The position numbers and the translations under genes are program-made. 64,000 nucleotides of DNA from NCBI GenBank assembly GCA_900088475.1, contig FLMG01002622.1, positions 126,575 to 190,574 on the forward strand, in the 5' to 3' direction. The notes below the pieces were generated by a model. It saw nothing but the letters and a program-made list of their open reading frames with translations. It did no database searches and had not been told where the DNA came from. This DNA is from Hyphochytrium catenoides. Taxonomy: Eukaryota; Protista; Hyphochytriomycota. Below are positions 39,606 to 52,663 of this stretch, one piece after another; the first letter of the stretch is position 1; each line of letters begins with the position of its first letter.

Positions 39606-39855
39606 ACCTGAGAATTACGTCCTTCTCGGGTAGAAAGCAAGAGAAAGCGAGAGGAAGAGGTCCAAGTCTCCCAGCAAAGAGGAGACTGAGAGCAGAAAGG
39701 AAAGGATAGGCGAAAGAGACAAGGTAATAACATAGAGCTTGACGGCGGACTCGCGCCAGTGGAACCTGCAACACGACAATCTAGACGGGGTAAAAGAGAG
39801 AGGAGAGAGATGAAAAGGGAGAAAGAGAGAGAGAGAGAGAGAAGAGAGGATAATA

Positions 39856-39886
<31 letters not shown>

Positions 39887-40250
39887 ACGAGGTGACAAGT
39901 CAAGATAAGTATGTGACATGGTGGAGAGAGAACAAAAAAAGAGAAAGGTTAGAAGAGAGTTGACGACGATGAATGAGCAGCACAGAGGCTGCGTAAGTAG
40001 TATAAGGGGTAAAGCGGGAGAGAGAGGTAGTAGCTGCCAACTGCCTACCGAGGACGGAGGTGGAACATAGAAAAGGAAAGAGACTCCAGAGATGAAAGCT
40101 ACATACGAACAGAGAAGAGGAAGCCAAGAGAGAAGAAGAGAGAAAGAGAGGGAGGGCGTGAGGGGAGACGGAGAGAGAAAAATGTACATGAAGCGAGAGA
40201 GAGAGAAAGAGGGCGTGAGTAGGAGAGACGGAGAGAGGAAAATGTACATA

Positions 40251-40282
<32 letters not shown>

Positions 40283-40503
40283 AAAGAGAGAGGGACAGAA
40301 GAAAGAGGAAGAGAACCTGGTAGAGCACGACCAGTACTCCGAACCATTGGGTGAGAAGTGCTGCACCGGCGAATTGAAAGGTAAAGCCTTGCGCGGCACA
40401 GAGGCCAGAGAAGTCGGGGAGGAATATCTTCAGCTCACTCATGGAAGTCAAACCGAGAGAAAGACTCCAGACCAGCGACGTTAGCCTGTGAAACGATGAG
40501 GGG

Positions 40504-40555
<52 letters not shown>

Positions 40556-40905
40556 AGAGAGAGAAAAACAAGAGAAGAGAAAGCAAGAGGTAAGAGAGAC
40601 CATAACCTTTTCTTCATTCAGGTACGAGGAGAGGGAGAGAGAGGGAAAAGGAACCTATATTCTATGGTTGGACGAGCTGAGGATAGCAGCAAGCGACAAT
40701 AGGAAGAGGGAAAGAGAGAACTAACTGGAAGTCAATGAGAGGCACATTACTCAGAACTGAACAGAGAGACACACACAGAGAGAAGAGAGAGAGAGAGAGA
40801 GNNNNNNNNNNNNNNNNNNNNNNNNNNNNNNNNNNNNNNNNNNNNNNNNNNNNNNNNNNNNNNGAGAGAGAGAGAGAGAGAGAGAGAAGAGAGAGAAGAG
40901 AGAGA

Positions 40906-40951
<46 letters not shown>

Positions 40952-41566
40952 GAAGAAGAGAGGAATAGGCGACGTACGCGTAGACAGTAATCTGGTTGTC
41001 AGGGAATCGACGCAGCTCTTTGTTCGTAAGCCGTAAACAGATCAGCGCAATCACGCTGCGAGAGAAAGAGAGAAAAGAGTGTTGGTTGATTGAAGGTGAG
41101 ACCATGACAAAACAGAGAAAGAGAGAGACTCGTAACGAGGAGGAGGAGGAAAGAAGGAGAAAAGCAGGGAAGAAAAAGAGAGAAGACGCCAAGAGTGGTT
41201 TTCGAGAAAGAAGAGAGAGAGAGAGACGCAAAGAGAGAGAAAAGTGAGCTTCAAGTGAGGGCGATAACAGGAGAACCTGGCAAAGATCAAGAGACTCTAC
41301 GGCAGAACAAAGAGAAAGACTAACCCCAAAAATGGGATCCGTGACAAAGGAGAGAGACAGAGAGAGAGACATCTGGAGAGGTCCAGTAAGTAAGGAAGAG
41401 AGAGAGAGAGCAACCTGGCGACTGATATCCATGTGATGACAGCTTGAGGCGTTCTAACGTCCGCAATGCAGGTCTGAATCTCTTCCTGAATCTCTCTCAG
41501 TAGCTGAATCTGAGAGGGAGAGAGAGAGGAAGAGACCGGAAGAGAGAGAGAGGGAGAAGAGGCCAT
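37339..41566 (-). CDS. cAMP-receptor-like (cAR/Crl family) 7TM GPCR; exons 41566-41415, 41294-41277 (microexon, tentative), 41055-40978, 40485-40317, 39780-39608, 39255-39024, 38738-38577, 38246-38133, 37800-37339
   Basis: Seven hydrophobic segments, KELRRFP after TM1, LCAAQGFTFQF in TM3 (cAR-type C..QGF..QF), an ECL2 Cys (FSCFL), NGLMVTLIFG in TM7 and a Ser-rich tail. Exon joins preserve frame. Confidence 0.78.
40150..40270. repeat. Two-copy ~60 bp tandem duplication in a GPCR intron
   Basis: GAGGGCGTGAG..GGAGA(GA)CGGAGAGAG.AAAATGTACAT.AAGCGAGA is present twice. Confidence 0.75.
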
Positions 41567-41941
41567 CGTGACAGGAGGCAGCGAAGAGAGAAAGGTACAG
41601 GAGACAAACGATAAATAAAAAAAGAACGAAAAGAGAGAAGAGAGAGGAGTCTCTTCCCCGTGACAGACAGAAAAATTGAAGAGATCACGTAAGAGAGACA
41701 ACCAGTCTCTTCTCTCTTAGCCTCTCATGGCAGCTCAGGAGGAGGAAGAGTCAGGAGAAGATGCTATTTCGTTCTCTGTGTTTTAGAGATCAGAGAAACG
41801 TTCACATGGAAGAGAAACAGGGAAAGAGAGAGAACAAGAGAGACTAACGTCCTCACTTGAGGGCAGGAAGTGAGCTCTAGCGGAGAATAGAGACAGAGAG
41901 AGGTTGAGCGGGCGACGACGGCAGACGAAGACCGAAGAGAC

Positions 41942-41972
<31 letters not shown>

Positions 41973-42161
41973 AAAGAGAGAGATAGAGAGATGATATCAG
42001 AAGACATCATGGGAGAAAAGTTCAATGCATAGGATAAAGCGAGGTGGCCACAAGCAGGATGATGCAGTCGTGAAAGGGGGAGCTCTTTCTCACCCTCTCT
42101 CTCTCCTCTCTCTCCCTCTCTCTCCCTCCCTCTGTCTCTCTCTCTCTCCTCTCTCTCCCTC

Positions 42162-42198
<37 letters not shown>

Positions 42199-42870
42199 TT
42201 GTCTCCCTCTTCTCACCTCTACGTTGTCACAATCATTACTCGTGAGCTCAACTGCTTTCTTCTTTCCTCTCTCTTCTTCCTCTGTTTCCCCCTCTTCCTG
42301 TCCACGCTTCTTATCTTTCCCTTCTTACCGTCTCTCTCCCATCATCGTACTTATTATCTGCGTGCTATTTGACTATAATTTTTTCTCTCTCTTTCTCTCT
42401 CTCTTTCTCTTCTCTCTCTTTCTCCCTCTCTCTCTTCAGCTCCTCTTGAAGTCGAGCTGTGTGCGGTCAGACAACAGCAAGCATCAGAATGGCTAGGACA
42501 TTGTGTGTATGGGACGAAAAGGTAGGACTCATAACGATTTCTCAGCCTAACATCTCTTCTAGCATTCTGTCTGTCTCTTTCCCTCCTTTCCTCTCTCTCT
42601 TCTTCAGCCGTCCCTGTTCATCCTCTGTTGTCTCCTCTCTCTCTCTTCTCTCTCTCCTGCTGTGTGTATCTGTGTACGACCTTCTCTCCAGCATCATGAT
42701 CCACTTGACGTCGTCATTAGAGCATGTCTGCCATCAATCAGATCGCCACATCTTGCTCTCTCTCTCATCTCTCTTCCCTCTTTCTCTATTCCTCTCTCTT
42801 TCTCTCTCTGTCCCCGACCCAAACAATGTGGAATAAGGCCAAACCATGCAATGTGCTGTTCTTAGGTTTG

Positions 42871-42915
<45 letters not shown>

Positions 42916-43427
42916 CGACAGTCAACACTAGAAAAGCTGTAGGGACACTGGACAGGTTAGACTGGCAGCCTGTGGCTGAGAAGAGAAAGAGTGAACTAGA
43001 CAGAGAAACAAGTGTCGAGGAATATTCTAAGATAAACTATAAAAAACTAGAATGGGAGAGAGACAGAGTGACAGAGAGAGATAAACAAGCGACAAAGAAA
43101 TAGAGAGAAAAGGGGAACGAAAGAGAAGGGAGAAACAGTAAACAGAGGCAAGAAGAGATATAGGCAGAACAGTTGAAATAGAGAAGAAAGAGCATTAATA
43201 GATGAGAGAAAGAGAGGAAAAGAGATATTTGGTAGTTAAAGATCACCCAGAAAACGCTCCAAGCCCGTCCCCCGTCCCCCTTCTCCATTATCCTGAGAAA
43301 CATACCAATTCTTCAGAGCTCTTCTTTTATCCTGAATGTGGAGAGGATGGGATAAACTTGGCAGTAACGGCTTCTGAGTGACATGCATGTAACGGTAGTT
43401 GGTCCTGTAGAAGAGCGCTTGCCCTTT

Positions 43428-43492
<65 letters not shown>

Positions 43493-43588
43493 CTATTGCT
43501 TCTCAATCTCTTTGTTCTCTCTCCTTTTCCCATCTCTCTCACTCTCTCTCTCCTCTCTTTCTTCTCTCTTAGTTCTCTCTCTCTCTCT

Positions 43589-43633
<45 letters not shown>

Positions 43634-43955
43634 TCACTTTTTTTGTTCTCTCTCTCTCTCTTTGTTCTCTCCCTTTGTGTTTTCTCTCTCTCTCTCTCTT
43701 TTCTTTTTCTCTTCCAAGAGAGCTCTTCTGTTCCTGAAGGCTTATTATCGTTGCTCGCATCCTTTTCACTCTCAATAGACGGGAGCTGTGTTCGTCTCTA
43801 TGAATATATTACTTCGTAAGTAAACCCTCTTTTTTTCTCTCTTCTTTTGATTGCTCTCTGTCCTGCCCTGTCCTGTCCTTCCTCTCTCTTCTCTCTCTTT
43901 CTCTCTCTTTCTCTCTCTCTCTCTCTCTGTCTCTCTGTGTCTCTCTCTCTGTCTC

Positions 43956-44004
<49 letters not shown>

Positions 44005-44447
44005 CTATCTATCTATCTGTCAGAAACTCATTCCCCCTCTCGTCCCCTCCTCTTCTCTCTACAAGGGCCTCTTCAGCAACTTTGTGAGGGATTGAGCCTA
44101 CATCATCCATGGCCAGCACCAGCCAAGCAGTTCCTATGACTTCGTGCTGCTGGCTCTCAATTATAATCCCTCTCTCTTCTCGGCTCTCTCCTAACAAGGC
44201 CCCGTCCATTGCCATAGCTGCTTGCCTTTCCTCTAACAGGCCAAAGAAAGGACCTCTCTCTTCTATGATCACATCGTAAACGCTGCGTCTCTTTCTCTTC
44301 CTCTATCATCGGTGCCTTCTTGCTCTTTGAGTACGGCTTCTCTTCATCAGTTCTGACTCTTTCAGCCTCAAAGAGTCCCGTCTTTTTTGATGTTTGCGCC
44401 ACAGCGGCTACAGCTCTGTCCCTTCTCCTCGCTGTCTCATTTTGAGC

Positions 44448-44482
<35 letters not shown>

Positions 44483-44897
44483 TCTTTCTGTCACACATTT
44501 TCCTCTCTCTCTTAGTCACAACATGATGCACTTTCCTCTTCGTCTCCACTTCCTCTGCTTCCAGGTTCATAGTTAATTCCCTCGGGCCCTCACGTGCTAT
44601 TTCTCTCTCTCTCTCTCTGTCTCTTTCTCTCTCTATACTCTCCCTCCATACCTGGCATCTCACATGGGCAAAGTCCGTGGGAGAGAGAGAGAGACGACAG
44701 AGATATCTTACAGAGCCAACGGATTGCATTCAGCATTTCTCCTCTACAGACCCGGACCGGGGATTGGTGGTGGCCTCAAAAGTGTTGCGCCACATTCATT
44801 CCCTTGTTGTTTCCCCTCTTCTGCTTCTCTCTCATATCTTCTGATTGTAAATTGTCCCTTGCTGCTGTTAGTTCCTCTGCTAAGGACCCCCCCTCCA

Positions 44898-44933
<36 letters not shown>

Positions 44934-45012
44934 CCTCTCTCTCTCTCTCTGTCTGTCTCTGTCTCTGTCTCTCGCTCTCGCTCTCTCTCTTTCTCTCTCT
45001 CTCTCTCTCCCT

Positions 45013-45075
<63 letters not shown>

Positions 45076-45425
45076 AATCTCCTCTTTCCGCTGTCTCTCT
45101 CTCTCTTCTGATGAGCTTCGCTCTCTCTCTCGTGCTTTCGGTCTCTCTTCCTCCCTCCTCTCTTCTCGAATCCTCTGCCACGCTTCTCTCACCACCTCAT
45201 TCATGTGGCGCAAAACCCCCGACATCAACTGCTGTTTTAAAGAAGTTCAGCAGCAACAGCCTCTACTCAGTTCTCTCTCTCCATCTTCTTGCCCCGTTAC
45301 GTTTTTTTCTATCTTCGTCGTCTTCTTCTGTTACCTCATGAACCTGCCATCACAACTATCGACGAACAACATACCTTTTCCATTCCCTCTCTCTCTCTCT
45401 CTCTCTCTCCCTCTTTGTCTCTCTG

Positions 45426-45458
<33 letters not shown>

Positions 45459-45627
45459 NNNNNNNNNNNNNNNNNNNNNNNNNNNNNNNNNNNNNNNNNN
45501 TCTCTCCCTCTTTCTCTCTCTCTCTCTCTCTCTCTCCCCTCTCTCCGCTCCTTCCCTCTTCGCTCTCTCCACGCTTTTCTCTGTTTTGACCTTCTCTTCT
45601 TTCTCTTCCCTTTCTCTTCTATTGTTC

Positions 45628-45685
<58 letters not shown>

Positions 45686-46052
45686 CCCTCCTTTTTCTTT
45701 CTTTCCGTCTCTCACACGCTGTCAACTTTTATCAATCAAATTCAACTAACCCAAAAGGAAGGGCTGGCAGTCTTTTCGGCCTAAAAACATCTTATTATAG
45801 TACGATAGAACTTGTGTTAGGGCTTTTTTTTTAAATTTGTGGGTGGGTAGCTTTTATTAGAACGTTTTATTAGGGCATCTTCATATTTTTGGCGATGTAA
45901 AGACTGTGGTTACTCACAGCGATTATTATCTGTGTAACCCATATTATTTTCGGCTTGTTAGTTTCCTTCGGATGGTCGTTACAAACAAAGACGTGGCGTC
46001 GAGTGTAATATGCCTTTCTCTCTCCCCTGTTTTTGCTCTCTTCCTTCCTCTG

Positions 46053-46097
<45 letters not shown>

Positions 46098-46969
46098 TCT
46101 TGCCCTCCCTCTCCTCTCTCTCTCGCCCTCGGCCTCCCTCACTCGCCCATCTCTCTCTGTCGCTCTCTCTTCCGCACCACCCCCACCCTTGGCTGCCCTC
46201 TGTCTTCTTTCATCAGTCGATCTCTCTCTTCATCTCTTCTCTCCTTCTGACATTCTCCTGTTTGCCTCTCTCCCCTGCATCTCCCAGAGTAACAGCCCTA
46301 CAGTCCTCGCCCTACTCTTCCTCACTATCCTAAAATGTGAAGAACTCCAATCAAAAGCACGACCTGCACGGGACAGAAGATGATGTGCGAGAGAGAAAGC
46401 GCGCGCGAGAGAGAGAGAGAGAGAGGGAGGGAGAGAGCTTTCTTCTTTTCTCCACCCCACTTCTTCCCCATTGCCGTCCTGCACAGCCTCTCTCTTTTGT
46501 CCCTCTCCTCTGACCACATCGCATTCAAACGTTTCCGTTCCTTGTCATTTTCTTCATCCTTTCTCCCACTCTCATCCAGGATGAGGACGCAGTTGGGGCA
46601 AGGAAAGGGAAAGAGTGCCACGAATCCTCTTTTTTCTCCTGATCCACTGCCAAAAGCCTTGGGAAGGGTGACGATAAACAGCAAAACAAAAAGGTTTGCA
46701 ACTACCAGCTGGGCCGAGGAACGCTCATGAGATGGGCAAGTTAAGGGAGCGGGGAGAGAGAGAGAGAGGAAGAGAAAGAGAGAGAGAGAGAGAAAGAGAG
46801 AGAAGAGTAGTACTTAGGTGGAGAGCCATCCCGTCCAAGGCAAAAGGTTAAGTTAAGTGCGTTAGCGATAAGAGAAGACACTTTGTCACAATTTCACTGA
46901 TCATTGGTTGGATCAGACCTCTACGCTAGGTGAGCAAGGAAGGAAGAGAAAGAAGGCAGAGCAGAAAAG

Positions 46970-47079
<110 letters not shown>

Positions 47080-47296
47080 TTATAGGACCTATGTGTCTCT
47101 GTGAAGGCGTGAGAGAGACTAGCAACTTGAAGGATGTATGCCTGTCACTTCCCTTGGCAGTCCCTTCCAGAGCTTTATCCATATGACACGCCGCTCAGTC
47201 AGAAGCAGAAGGCGCCACGTCCACCAAAATAGATAACCTATAGCGGCTACCCATGTGCTCTTGCTGGTGATCCTCTCTTCCTTCTCTCTCTCTCTT

Positions 47297-47336
<40 letters not shown>

Positions 47337-47881
47337 CGCTCGCTCGCTCTCTTTCTTTCTTTCTCTCTCCCGCTCTCTCGTTTCAATTCTTCTTCCTCTC
47401 GCTTCCTTCTATCTATCCCGCAGTTTCTGGAGAGAAGACTTCTCATTCGCGTGCCTGGTTGGATCAACACGTCCCATCTTTGGTACCACGGAAGGACGCA
47501 GTAGAAATTGAGAGAGAAAGAGAGAGAGAGAAAGAGAGAAACGCGAGGTGGACAACCTTTATCGTGCGCGTGCTCTTCCTCATTCCTCTTTTCTCCCATC
47601 TTTTCTCATTGCTGCTTCTCTCTTCGGTAGAGTCTGCTCTTCAAAGCGCTAAGAGACGACATCCCCAACAGAGAAAATAAACGAGAGAGAGTGACGACGG
47701 GAGAGAAGCACTTAAAAGCGAAGAGAGCCAAAGACCCGTTGAAAGTCCCTCCGTATCTCGCGGACCCAAACCAGCTCCAGCTTCTTCACTTTCCATTCAC
47801 ATACTAAGGAGAGCTTCCCACCGTTGGGCAAGAGAGAAAGAGAGAGAGAGACGAGAGAACGAATCCAAGAGAGAGAGAAAC

Positions 47882-48107
47882 ATGGGGGCCGGTATGTCAG
47901 TGAAAGGGGAGGACCTTGTGGTGGCGCACTATATGCCTCCCTTTCTCCTGCTGAACGTAGACGATCAGCTCTCTCCTGAGCTAGGAGAGTTATGCATGGT
48001 GAGGAACCTTCTCTTTTATCATAAAAGTCTCTCTTATTCTTTCTAGTATCGCTCTCCTTCTTTCTCTCCCCTGGAGATAGTGCTCCACGTCTGACCTACT
48101 CTCTCTT

Positions 48108-48139
<32 letters not shown>

Positions 48140-49178
48140 CTTCGCTCTCTCTCTCTCTCTCTCTCTTTCTTTCTCTCTCGCTCTCTCTCGCTCTCTCTCT
48201 CTCTCTCCCCCTCTCTCTCTCTCATAGAAATCTATTAACAAGATAACTAGTGGTGAGGCCGCGGCTTACAAGGCAGCCAAGGCCCAAGATCCGTCTCTTA
48301 TGCCGCTGCCTTTCTTCTACAACTTCTTCTACCAAGAGCTCTTCCTCCGGAACCCGATCATTAAGCCTTACTTCCTCTCGACATCGATGATCAAGCAGGT
48401 TAGTCTAAGGTCTCTGCCTCTCTTTCACTGTCTCGCTGTCTCGCTCTCTTTGCTGTCTCCTCGTTGCTTTCCCGCTCGCTAGACTACTCTCTCTCTCTCT
48501 TCTCACCTCTGTCTATATTTCTCTGCACTATTTCGGTAACAATGCAATCCTTCTATTCTCTCCTTCTCTCTCTCTTCTCTCTCTTTCTNNNNNNNNNNNN
48601 NNNNNNNNNNNNNNNNNNNNNNNNNNNNNNNNNNNNNNNNNNNNNNNNNNNNNNNNNNNNNNNNNNNNNNNNNNNNNNNNNNNNNNNNNNNNNNNNNNNN
48701 NNNNNNNNNNNNNNNNNTCTCCCTCTCTCTCGTCTCTCCCTCTTCTCTCTCCTTCTCTTCTCTGTGTACTTAAAAATCCTCTGTCTCTCCCCGCTGTCTG
48801 TCCCTTGCTCTCAATCATCCTTGCTTCTAGGGAGAGATGCTGGTGAAGACTCTTTGCTCTCTGGCAAGCCTGGGCAAAGTGTCCAGAGAAGAAAGTAAAG
48901 CCAAGATCATCGACTTGGCCGAGCGCCATAACAAGCGTCGGATCCATCCCGCGTTCTACACAGCCTTCGCCACCACTCTCTTCGACGTCCTGAGACAGAC
49001 GCTGAAAGAAGATTTCACGGTCGAGGTAGAGCGCGCTTGGCTCGTGACCTTCTCTTACGTGATGAAGATCCTGATGCCTGCCGTCGTCAAAGGAAGCAAA
49101 GACCTTGCTGACCCTTCAAAGCCAGCCTTTGTCCCGGAAGATGCCCCAGCACGGCGGAAGTCCTCTGTGGCGCCCTGA
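47882..49178 (+). CDS. Single-domain globin with N-terminal extension and myristoylation motif; exons 47882-47998, 48228-48398, 48831-49178 (211 aa)
   Basis: Starts MGAGMS. Globin landmarks: FFYQELFLRNPIIKPYF (B/C/CD1), KQGEMLVKTL (E), LAERHNKRRIHPAFY (proximal His F8) and EDFTVEVERAW (H). Both introns are phase 0 GT-AG. Confidence 0.88.
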
Positions 49179-49214
49179 TGATGGAGAAGAGAGTAAAGAG
49201 AGCATGCTAAACAT

Positions 49215-49425
49215 CGGGAGAAGAGAAGAGAAAGAGAGAGAAATGTACAGGACATCAAGAGAAGATAAGAGAAAGAAGAGAGAGCAATGTACAGGACATC
49301 AAGAGAAGATAAGAGAAGAGAAAGAGAGAGAAATGTACCGGACATCGAGAGAAGAGAAGAGAAAGAAGAGAGAGAAATTGTACCGGACATCGAGAGAAGA
49401 GAAGAGAAAGAGAGAGAAATGTACT
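49215..49425 (+). repeat. ~40-45 bp imperfect minisatellite downstream of the globin stop
   Basis: Core TGTAC(A/C)GGACATC(A/G)AGAGAAGA occurs four times with a partial fifth copy, separated by GA-rich spacers. Confidence 0.85.
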
Positions 49426-49855
49426 GGGCAGAGGAAGTGCCCAAGGTGCATAATGCATAGACAGAGTGGCCCGATCAAGAGCTATTATCTTAGGCAAAGA
49501 GCTTTGGATAGTAGCCGATAAATAGACTCATTTTATCGCCAACAGATTCTCTCTCTTCTGCTGCTTTGTCTGAGCGAGCATTCGTCTGTCTGTCTTTTCC
49601 TTTCTGAAGAGAGAGAACGACGAGAGTTCCCATGATATAGAGAAGGGCCAGATAGGAAAAGACAGGAGGAGAAGAAGAGAGAAGATGACAGAAGAGGAAA
49701 TGTGGCCTTGAATGTTTCCTAATTCTGATGGTGGCCATGGCGAGCAACGGACTGACATTCTCATAGACTCTGAGAGATAACTTTCTTATTACCTGGTCGT
49801 GAGGGAGCCTGACTCTAGAAACCGTGAACTCGTCCGCTTGGGCAAACCGTCATTT

Positions 49856-49887
<32 letters not shown>

Positions 49888-49891
49888 CCCT

Positions 49892-49922
<31 letters not shown>

Positions 49923-49976
49923 GTTCTCTCTCTCTCTCTTTCTTTTCTCTCTCTCTCTCTTTCTTTTCTCTCTCTT

Positions 49977-50016
<40 letters not shown>

Positions 50017-50429
50017 ACTCTCTTGCTTTCTTTCTCACTTGGTCTCTCCCTTTTGGTCTCTCTTGCAGGACAGTCCAACTCTATGTTACTGCTCCATCCA
50101 GAGGAAGGACAGCCATTAGATAAGGGTGATGAGGAGCTCGTTGCTTGCCTTGTCATCAGCGGCGGCATGGACTAAGAGAAAGAGCCTTCCTCTCTCCTCA
50201 TATCTCCTCTCCGCTGGTGACAAAGAGTGTGGGGCTGGTGAAGCGCCTTTTTTATCAAACGATTCATCATCATCGTTAGCTAGTCACGGACGAAGACCAG
50301 GAAGAGGAGCAAGGCAGGGTCAAAGAGGAGAGAGAGCGGGCCAGCAGCAGCAATCGACTGTCCTTGCCACTTCCTTCCATCACTATATTAGACAATCTTA
50401 TCAACAGCCGCCCGTATTCTTCTTCTTCT

Positions 50430-50500
<71 letters not shown>

Positions 50501-50552
50501 TCTCTCTCTCTCTGTCTCTCGCTCTCTCTCTCTGTCTCTACCATCACTCTTT

Positions 50553-51759
50553 TCAAGAGCTATTTCCATGGCCACTGGAGCTGCTCCCGACGACGGGGAT
50601 CACCCTGGCACGCCCCGCAGAAGGAGGAAGACCAGCCGTCGTGTTCGTAGGAGAAGAGCCCTTAGCCACCGCTTCTTCTTCCATGTCTGGCCGCCTCCCG
50701 CCATCATCGCCGCCAGTGCGGCTTCCTATTATCTTCTTATTCTCCTTCTTCTTCTTGCCACTTGCGCTCTTCCTCCCAGCCGCCGCGTTAGCTGCCGTCC
50801 TTAGGACATTGACGAAGGAAGTCTTGACGAAGCGATTGTAAGGGTCCAGGATCATGCGGTAGACCTCATCCTCCGCGATGGAGAAGGCCGCCGCTAGAGC
50901 AGGGAAGGTGCTCATGTCCTCCATCGCAGTCTTGGTCACCGCCAGCAGCTTCTTCCTCAATCCTTGGTCAATGTTCACCTCATAAACAGAGCCTTCCTCT
51001 ATGCAATCCACCATCAAACGCTCGAGACACGTCTTCTTCTCTGCGTCGGTCACCGCGACACGAAGGGCATTCACAGCGCTAAGGAAGAGTATGTTCTCGA
51101 CGCAGAACTCTTTGACCAGGTAGCCTTTGAAGGCCTCCATCAGCTCCGGGCGGCTGGTAAGCACTGCCTTGAGCTCCACAGTGGTCGATAAGGGCTTCAT
51201 CATTGCCTCCTCGTCTTCTCCTCCTTTCCCGCATTGCTCCGCAGTCTCGCCTCCGCCCTGGTCCTTGTTGGTCTTTCTCATTGCTGCGCTGGGCCCAGAG
51301 GAGGACGACGACGAGGAAGGGAAGAAGTAGAAGAAAGAGAGCTGCCACTTGCCTTCATGGCAGAAGGAGACCCATAGCGGGCGGATAGAGGCGAACCAGA
51401 TGTAGGACAGAGTAGCAAGGGCAAAGGCAAGCTGGCCCATAAAGAAACAATGGACTCTCACGTCTTCCTGAAGGTTTGCCGCGATGGTGGCTAGCATCTT
51501 AGGGAAAGCGCCCATGACGAAGAGAAAGATGATCTTCTTCCAGTTCTCGCCCAGATCGAACGCATCCTTGACAAAGTGCATTTGGTACGCAAAGAGCGCG
51601 TTCACAGTGAGGATGAAGGCCCAGAAACCGACAACGAGAGCTTGCTGGTGGGGAGGGAAGAGGTAGAAAGGCATCCAACAGAGCAAAGGATAAGAAAAGA
51701 GCAGGGAAGGCAGAGAGAGAGAGAGAAGAGAGAGGGAAAGCGAGAGAGAGACAGAGACA

Positions 51760-51799
<40 letters not shown>

Positions 51800-51806
51800 G
51801 AGAGAC

Positions 51807-51859
<53 letters not shown>

Positions 51860-52663
51860 GAGAGAGAGGCATAAGATTGAGAAAGAAACGGGGAACGGGG
51901 TGCGGGAACGGATGGCAAAATATATCAGAGAAAGAAGGAGACAGAGAGGAGAAGAAAGACAACGGAGGGAGAGAGAGAGAGAGTTAGTCTTCACAGTTTG
52001 ATTGTCCTCCCTTCTCTCCTCCTTCTTCAGCACCCTTCCTCCTTTTCTCTTCTTTCCCTTCTCTCATTCTCCTTTCTTCGGTCATTTCCTTTCTTCCTCT
52101 CTTGAGAACTCGTCCATCATGTCATCAGAGCTTACCTCTCCCACTGACTGATAGTCAAAGCAAGCTGCATCGTCAATGCTCGAGCTGAACAGCGTGTGGG
52201 AGGACCTTAGGGAGATCTGGACCAACGGAGGAAGGAAAGACAGAGCTCCAGCCACAAGGAAGATCTTCCAGAGATGAGACTGAGAGGAGAGAAAGCTCAA
52301 ACGGAGAAAGATATCGTCTTTTCTCGTCTTCGCGGCGAGCTTTCTCCTCTGTAAATGATAGACGAACCACTGATAGAACAGCTGGAGAGAGGTCCCGATG
52401 AGGAAAGGGAAGTGGTCGGCCCAGGAGAGAACAAAGTGGAAGATGCATCGCGAGGAAGAGGGAGAAGATGGGGACGCGGGGAAGACGAGAGGCTCCAAGA
52501 GAGACAAGATGAAGAGGCTGGCGCCAATCTGTGTGGCGATAAGGATGAAGGACGGCGTTGAGTTCAAGGGAAAGAGATGGCGACGCTTCCAAAGCAGGAT
52601 GCACAGGAAAGGCGTGAGGATGAAGATGATGCTGACAAACGCGATGCAGAAGGTCGCATACAT
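50553..52663 (-). CDS. 7TM-RGS protein (GPCR-like membrane domain fused to an RGS domain); exons 52663-52136, 51644-50553; the start may extend to an upstream exon through the acceptor before 52755
   Basis: Seven hydrophobic segments with KDAFDLGENWK before TM6, then an RGS box: EAFKGYLVKEFCVENILFL, IEEGSVYEVNIDQGLR, AEDEVYRMILDPYNRF. Confidence 0.88.

Noticed and set aside
49215-49425. CRISPR-like repeat-spacer appearance
   Set aside because: Spacers are near-identical GA runs rather than unique sequence, no cas genes are present, and the context is eukaryotic.
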